From: Elusimicrobia bacterium CG1_02_37_114 | GTDB taxonomy: Bacteria; Elusimicrobiota; Endomicrobiia; CG1-02-37-114 | Length of the DNA: 61,766 bases | Direction: 5' to 3' | NCBI GenBank assembly: GCA_001871125.1 | Contig: MNXB01000005.1 | Location: forward strand, 1-61,766 | Part shown: piece after piece, positions 58,144 to 61,766 of the stretch | Numbering within the stretch: the first letter of the stretch is position 1 | How the letters are laid out: each line of letters starts with the position of its first letter | The notes under the pieces: generated by a model | Databases searched by the model: none | Told to the model about the DNA's origin: nothing | What the model saw: the letters and a program-made list of their open reading frames with translations, nothing else | Position numbers and translations under genes: made by a program

Positions 58144-60837
58144 ATGAATCATCCTAAAAACAAACTCATATTATTTTGTTGTTTAATCTTTCTGTCCAAC
58201 ACAGGTTTTACCCGCCCGATTGAACAAATTCTTGAAACAATTGAAAAAGGCACTCCGGAGTCCCGTGCCAAAGCAGTCCAGGAACTCGTAGAACTCCGTA
58301 ATAACGAATATATACCCGTTATATTGAACCTCTTAAATGACCCGTCACCTGAAGTGCGGATAAGCGCTGTTTTAGGGCTAAAACAACTAAAAGCGAAGGA
58401 AACAACACAGAAACTAATAAATTCGTTATCCGACCCTTCTGTCAGTGTATGTAAAGAAATAAGAAATGTCCTTGCTGAATTTGCCAGCAGAGAAGAACTG
58501 GAAAAAGTTTTATTAGAGAATGATAAACCACAGGTCCGACAACAAATAGCAAAGCTTTTAGGTGAGCTGGGGAATAGAGAATCCGTCCCGGTACTAATCA
58601 ATGCATTGAAGGATAACGATTTTGTGAGATATTCTGCCGTTGAATCACTTGGCAGGACAGGTGACTACCTGGCAATACCGGAATTAGAAAAAGTTTTGTC
58701 TGATGTAGTTGGTGAGATAAGGCTTGAATCAGCGAAGTCACTTGCAAGACTAAAATCATACAGGTCTATTCCAAAAATCTTTGATTTACTTGAAGATAAA
58801 GACCCGATGGTAAGGAATGAAATTGAACCTGTGTTGCTGGAACTTGTCGCAGCGGAAAGCGTACTTTATTTTACCGAGGCAGTTATTAAAGATAGACGTC
58901 CAACTATCCGCAGGTTTTCCGCAAAAGCCCTGGGTGCTTTGAATGATAAATCCGTTACACCTTTATTGTTTCGGGCCGTGAAGGATAGCGACCCGACTGT
59001 TCGTAAGGAAGTGGTTAATTCACTTGCCATATTAGTTGATAAAACAATGCTGTTTAATCTGTGTTTATTGTTAGGTGAAAGAGATATAAATATACGCACG
59101 TATGCCGTTAACACACTTGCTAATCTGAAGGATTCGCGTGCTATACCGGGTTTATTGGATATGCTTAAAAGAGATAAAGAATTCAAAGAGACTGCACGGA
59201 ACACGATATTAGAAATATGCGATGAAACTATAACGGATTTCCTTGCCTTAGCAATAAAAGATAAAGATTTGAGCGTGCGCCTTTGTGTAGTTGAATGCAT
59301 TTCTAAATTAAAAGCAGTAAATCTTTTACCCGAACTTTCACAGGCGTTTGCCGACGAAAACAACCAGGAAGCCAAACTTACAATGCTGAAAACCATTAAA
59401 GAACTAAATGATAAAAAGGCATTGCCTGGCTTGCACCGTGCACTTATAGAAGAAAAAAGCATTGAAATTAAATTTGCAGTAATTGATGTCCTGAAACTCA
59501 TTGGAGATTACACTTCAATACCCCCGTTATTAGAATGCTTAAGAACAAACAATGAAATGCTTATTATGGATGCAGAGGAGTTATTAGATAACCTTGCAGA
59601 TATAAAAACGCTGCCGTTTTTTTATAAGGCGATTAAAGATAAAAACGTGGTAATCAGGACGTATGCAATGAAAGTAATCAAGAAATATCCTGTTAATGAA
59701 GTTTTAGCCGTTGTGCTGGAAGCCACCAGGGATAAGGATATATATATTCGTCGTGATGCAGTCATTATAATAGGTAGCATTGGTGACAAATCAGCAATAC
59801 CTGTATTGGAGAGAACACTTAAGGATAGTTATGATGAAATACGTCTTGAAACGGTAAAATCTCTGGCACAGATTGGTGACCCTGCAATAGTCCCTCTTAT
59901 AATGAAGTCCATGAAGGATAAGTTATCCGAAATAAGGTTAGAAGCAGTGAAGGTTTTTGCCGTCTATGCCAGTGAGGATACGGTGCCGTTTTTGGGAAAG
60001 CGGTTAAAAAAAGAGACAGACCCTTTTGTCATTGAGCAGATAATAGCGCTGTTAGAGAAATACGGGGATAGGTCAGTGACTAAAGCATTACTCCGTATGC
60101 TGAAAAACGATGAGCTGGTGGTTCGCAGTGCAAGCGTCCGTGCATTGGGTGGATTGAAAGACCCTTCAGCAATTAAACCCCTGAAAGACCAATATGTCAG
60201 TGAATATAGCTCGGAAGTCAAAGCCCAGATAATGAAGTCGTTGGCAAAACTTGGTGAAAAAGAGATGATACCGGAATTTATTGAACTGCTGCACGACCCT
60301 ATGGAAGAAACGAGAAATGCAGCACGGGAATCACTTGATTTGCTTATTGATAGTTCCTACAGTTCATACCTGGTTGAATCCCTGCATAATGAACATGTTG
60401 AAACAAGAAATTATTGTGCCGAGAAATTAAAGGAATACAAATCCGAGGAAATTACAAAAAAATTATTCTCTATGATAAAAACAGAAAAAGGACTTATCCG
60501 CAAGGAATTGATGGACCTTACAAATGACATCACTGATGGAAATAATATACCGGATTTTTTATTCTTAATTGATGTCCCCGAAACAAATAAAGACGCGGAA
60601 TTACAAATATGGGTATTAAAAAACCTTGGTAAATTTAGAGTTAAAGATAAAAACTCCGTTGCGTTTTTACTGCAATCTACGAAAAATGAAAATCTAAGTG
60701 TACGTAAAGAATCTGTGGAGTTACTCGGGGAAGTGGATTCACTGATAGCAAAGAGAACCCTTGAATACATTGCTTCAAACGATAGTTCGCTTGTGATAAG
60801 GAGCACCGCAGAAAAGGTATTAAAAAGGATTAAATAA
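58144..60837 (+). CDS. exported HEAT-repeat protein
   Basis: Signal-like N-terminus; many L.D....VR..A...LG repeats. Confidence 0.88.
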   Translation: MNHPKNKLILFCCLIFLSNTGFTRPIEQILETIEKGTPESRAKAVQELVELRNNEYIPVILNLLNDPSPEVRISAVLGLKQLKAKETTQKLINSLSDPSVSVCKEIRNVLAEFASREELEKVLLENDKPQVRQQIAKLLGELGNRESVPVLINALKDNDFVRYSAVESLGRTGDYLAIPELEKVLSDVVGEIRLESAKSLARLKSYRSIPKIFDLLEDKDPMVRNEIEPVLLELVAAESVLYFTEAVIKDRRPTIRRFSAKALGALNDKSVTPLLFRAVKDSDPTVRKEVVNSLAILVDKTMLFNLCLLLGERDINIRTYAVNTLANLKDSRAIPGLLDMLKRDKEFKETARNTILEICDETITDFLALAIKDKDLSVRLCVVECISKLKAVNLLPELSQAFADENNQEAKLTMLKTIKELNDKKALPGLHRALIEEKSIEIKFAVIDVLKLIGDYTSIPPLLECLRTNNEMLIMDAEELLDNLADIKTLPFFYKAIKDKNVVIRTYAMKVIKKYPVNEVLAVVLEATRDKDIYIRRDAVIIIGSIGDKSAIPVLERTLKDSYDEIRLETVKSLAQIGDPAIVPLIMKSMKDKLSEIRLEAVKVFAVYASEDTVPFLGKRLKKETDPFVIEQIIALLEKYGDRSVTKALLRMLKNDELVVRSASVRALGGLKDPSAIKPLKDQYVSEYSSEVKAQIMKSLAKLGEKEMIPEFIELLHDPMEETRNAARESLDLLIDSSYSSYLVESLHNEHVETRNYCAEKLKEYKSEEITKKLFSMIKTEKGLIRKELMDLTNDITDGNNIPDFLFLIDVPETNKDAELQIWVLKNLGKFRVKDKNSVAFLLQSTKNENLSVRKESVELLGEVDSLIAKRTLEYIASNDSSLVIRSTAEKVLKRIK

Positions 60838-60929
60838 TTTTAAAGGAGCCCCCATAGTTCTGCCTCATAGAGCGAGGCATAACTGACACGGGGGACAGGC
60901 AAAAAGACATTGACTAAGGAGGAAAAAAC

Positions 60930-61304
60930 ATGCCTAAAAAACGGATTCAACTTGAGTTGATTAAATTTACAATTTGTGTATTTTTTGTGTTGCTTTTTGT
61001 AACTGCGGTAAACTTTTATTCTTTTCTTTCTACGATGCTGCCGTCATCCCTTATACTTCAAAGCAAGGCGCGCATAATCATATTTGGTTTAGTGACCACT
61101 GTTCTGATATTTGGTATCACATGGATGTTAGTGCAGTGGTTTACCTACCGGACCATAGGTCCGATAGTGAGACTTGAACGGGAGATAAAGTCAATGGTAG
61201 ATAGCGGTGATTATCGTCCACTGACGGTGCGCAAAGGAGATATTCTGCAGGGATTGATAGAACACTTTAATTTACTCATTGAGAAACTTATTCAGAAAAG
61301 ATGA
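60930..61304 (+). CDS. small two-TM protein with HAMP-like tail
   Basis: Two TM helices, IGPIVRL...VRKGD; SD AGGAGG. Confidence 0.7.
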   Translation: MPKKRIQLELIKFTICVFFVLLFVTAVNFYSFLSTMLPSSLILQSKARIIIFGLVTTVLIFGITWMLVQWFTYRTIGPIVRLEREIKSMVDSGDYRPLTVRKGDILQGLIEHFNLLIEKLIQKR

Positions 61305-61766
61305 AGAGAATAATAGTCATTTCAGCGATTCTTCTGGCAGGAATATTGTTCAGTATAAACATTTATACCCAGGATAGTAGTCTTGATAATTTATTCAAAC
61401 GTCTTGAGCGTCCCGTCGGGCAAAAAAGCAAAACAGTTGAACCTGCAAAACCGTCAGCAGTCCGGACCGAACAGTCACCAGATGAAGAGGATAAATCCGT
61501 TATACACATTGAAAAAAAGACAACAACCGCTATAACGGTTGAAAAAATTCCCGGTATGGTCTATATACCACCGGGTGAATTTTTAATGGGCATAAACGAT
61601 GGGTTTGATTATGAGTTCCCGAGACATCAGGTTTATCTTGAGGGTTATTATATTGATAAATACGAAGTGACAAACGTCCAGTACAAGAGATTTATTATTT
61701 CAACAGAACACAAGCCCCCGCCTCACTGGAAAGGTATTAATTATCCGCAGGGACAGGATTACAGTC
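61301..61766 (+). CDS. FGE-sulfatase (SUMF1) domain protein, 5' partial
   Basis: Signal peptide, MVYIPPGEFLMG and YIDKYEVTNVQY motifs; runs off the window. Confidence 0.88.
   Translation, partial: MKRIIVISAILLAGILFSINIYTQDSSLDNLFKRLERPVGQKSKTVEPAKPSAVRTEQSPDEEDKSVIHIEKKTTTAITVEKIPGMVYIPPGEFLMGINDGFDYEFPRHQVYLEGYYIDKYEVTNVQYKRFIISTEHKPPPHWKGINYPQGQDYS

Noticed and set aside
1-61766. CRISPR array, rRNA or prophage
   Set aside because: No regularly spaced repeats, rRNA motifs, or phage structural or integrase genes seen.

Overview
An AT-rich bacterial chromosomal segment, probably from an uncultured diderm anaerobe. An Elusimicrobiota-like origin is only a guess from the gene mix. The housekeeping backbone is serS, rtcB, a glmM-like gene, glmU, glmS, thyA, apt, a sigma-70 factor, csp, rph-rdgB, yajQ, valS and hisG. 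It is densely interleaved with accessory DNA: about 7 toxin-antitoxin-type pairs, a type I R-M system with Fic and RadC, a PabI-type restriction-glycosylase system, a GHKL/MORC-ATPase island, a partial Tad pilus locus, MITEs and REP-like repeats. Main highlights: (1) a tRNA-Arg(UCU) gene split at anticodon position 34/35 by a 212-nt group I intron with a complete catalytic core; (2) a candidate sigma-54-driven lipid/natural-product cluster (atypical FabF-type ketosynthase, ICMT-type methyltransferase, three B12 radical SAM enzymes), interrupted by two antisense TA cassettes and truncated by an ISL3 element; (3) three ORFs whose best Shine-Dalgarno points to ATT/ATC starts, one of them a TadE gene absent from the ORF track; (4) short (about 20-35 bp) repeat units sitting inside REP loops and apparently inside coding sequences. 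Functional calls come from motif recognition by eye; no database search was run.
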